From assembly GCA_965649765.1 (NCBI GenBank), contig OZ287750.1, forward strand, positions 20,956,001 to 21,020,000: a stretch of 64,000 bases of DNA, read 5' to 3'. The notes beneath the pieces were generated by a model. It ran no database searches, was not told the origin of the DNA, and worked only from the letters and a program-made list of their open reading frames with translations. Positions within the stretch are counted from its first letter, which is position 1. Every line of letters begins with the position of its first letter. The translations under genes and the position numbers were made by a program. Shown piece after piece: positions 63,311 to 64,000 of this stretch. This stretch comes from Bispira polyomma (taxonomy: Eukaryota).

Positions 63311-63929
63311 GTGAGTCGGACACTGAAAAACTTTATAGTACAGTAGAACCTCTATTATCTTACCCTCCATTATCCCAAATATTTGATTTTAAAACTAAAT
63401 TTCATTAACAGCACAGTTACTATCATTCTCCTAACTGAAGACAGAGGCTTGGAGATAACACCGTTCATTAAACCAAGGAACTTTAGTCTGTCACTGGGGA
63501 TAAAACCCAATGAATGAGGACTGCCATTTTAAGTGGTCATAAGAGCCACAAGGCAAAGGCGTGTTCAAATATTCCATAAGAATGTTATCCCACTAAAGAA
63601 GCTAGCAGCAAGCAAGAGGCTAGCAGGAGACAAACTGGGGACAAACCCAACCGAAAGTCTAACCAGGGACTTTCTGATCACTAGACAGGGCAGAGTTTAC
63701 AGTATTTACAGTGCAGCATCTTGAACCCACTGGTATGCACTGCTTTCCCCCACCAATGAAACTGCACATCCTTATATGACCTAAAGAATGTATTGACAGC
63801 GAAGTTAAACCCCAATTCAAAAAATCAAATCTTGATAGGTGTCTGGGCGAGTTGGGCTGTGGGGTTTTGGCGTCTCCAATGCTATGTTTTATCTGTTACA
63901 CTTCAAACTTTTATCAACCTTTGCTTCAG

Positions 63930-64000
63930 GCTCAACAAGACCATGTGAAGGTTCTCAAGCAGTTGGTGACAGACAACAAGCCCCTGGTGGACCGTCTGAA
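63930..64000 (+). CDS. MACF1: Spectrin-repeat exon (runs off window)
   Basis: tttgcttcAG|AQQDHVKVLKQLVTDNKPLVDRL. Confidence 0.85.

Larger units (their letters stand above)
1..64000 (+). other. MACF1: Spectraplakin gene (MACF1/dystonin/shot/vab-10 family), internal portion: plectin-repeat region followed by spectrin-repeat rod
   Basis: Dozens of plectin-type repeats (DPxTGxxxSLxEAxxxGLID) followed by spectrin repeats with W-L signatures. Linker motifs such as ELRFLNMQGQKFLDEAK and EEVNDLGTTYESLLRGDR resemble Shot/MACF1. Exons chain in frame. An invertebrate gene would be co-orthologous to MACF1 and DST. Confidence 0.93.

Overview
Eukaryotic (animal, most likely molluscan/lophotrochozoan judging by the SINE/MITE types) genomic DNA lying entirely inside one + strand giant spectraplakin gene (MACF1/dystonin/Drosophila shot/C. 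elegans vab-10 family). Neither the start nor the end of the gene is in the window. I traced 33 exons with GT-AG junctions and consistent phases: a plectin/plakin-repeat (PRD) block at 1-24.3 kb, including a 13,541-nt and a 4,959-nt exon, then a 9.5-kb intron, then 27 spectrin-rod exons from 33.8 kb to the window end. Introns carry tRNA-derived SINEs, L2 LINE 3' ends and several MITE families. Most unusual: (1) at 7 of 26 rod-region donors, the exon 3' end plus its 5' splice site is tandemly amplified into the intron (2 to ~20 copies), always on the donor side and never productive as an exon extension. (2) The PRD region is a phase-0 modular splice system with a stop-free 375-nt exitron-like intron, Rbfox motifs, and a candidate 'R-V-stop' terminal exon that could give a VAB-10A/plectin-like isoform. 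(3) One rod exon starts with a perfect recursive splice site. (4) A symmetric cassette exon puts an SxIP-type motif in the middle of the rod. All splice models are inferred from sequence only.
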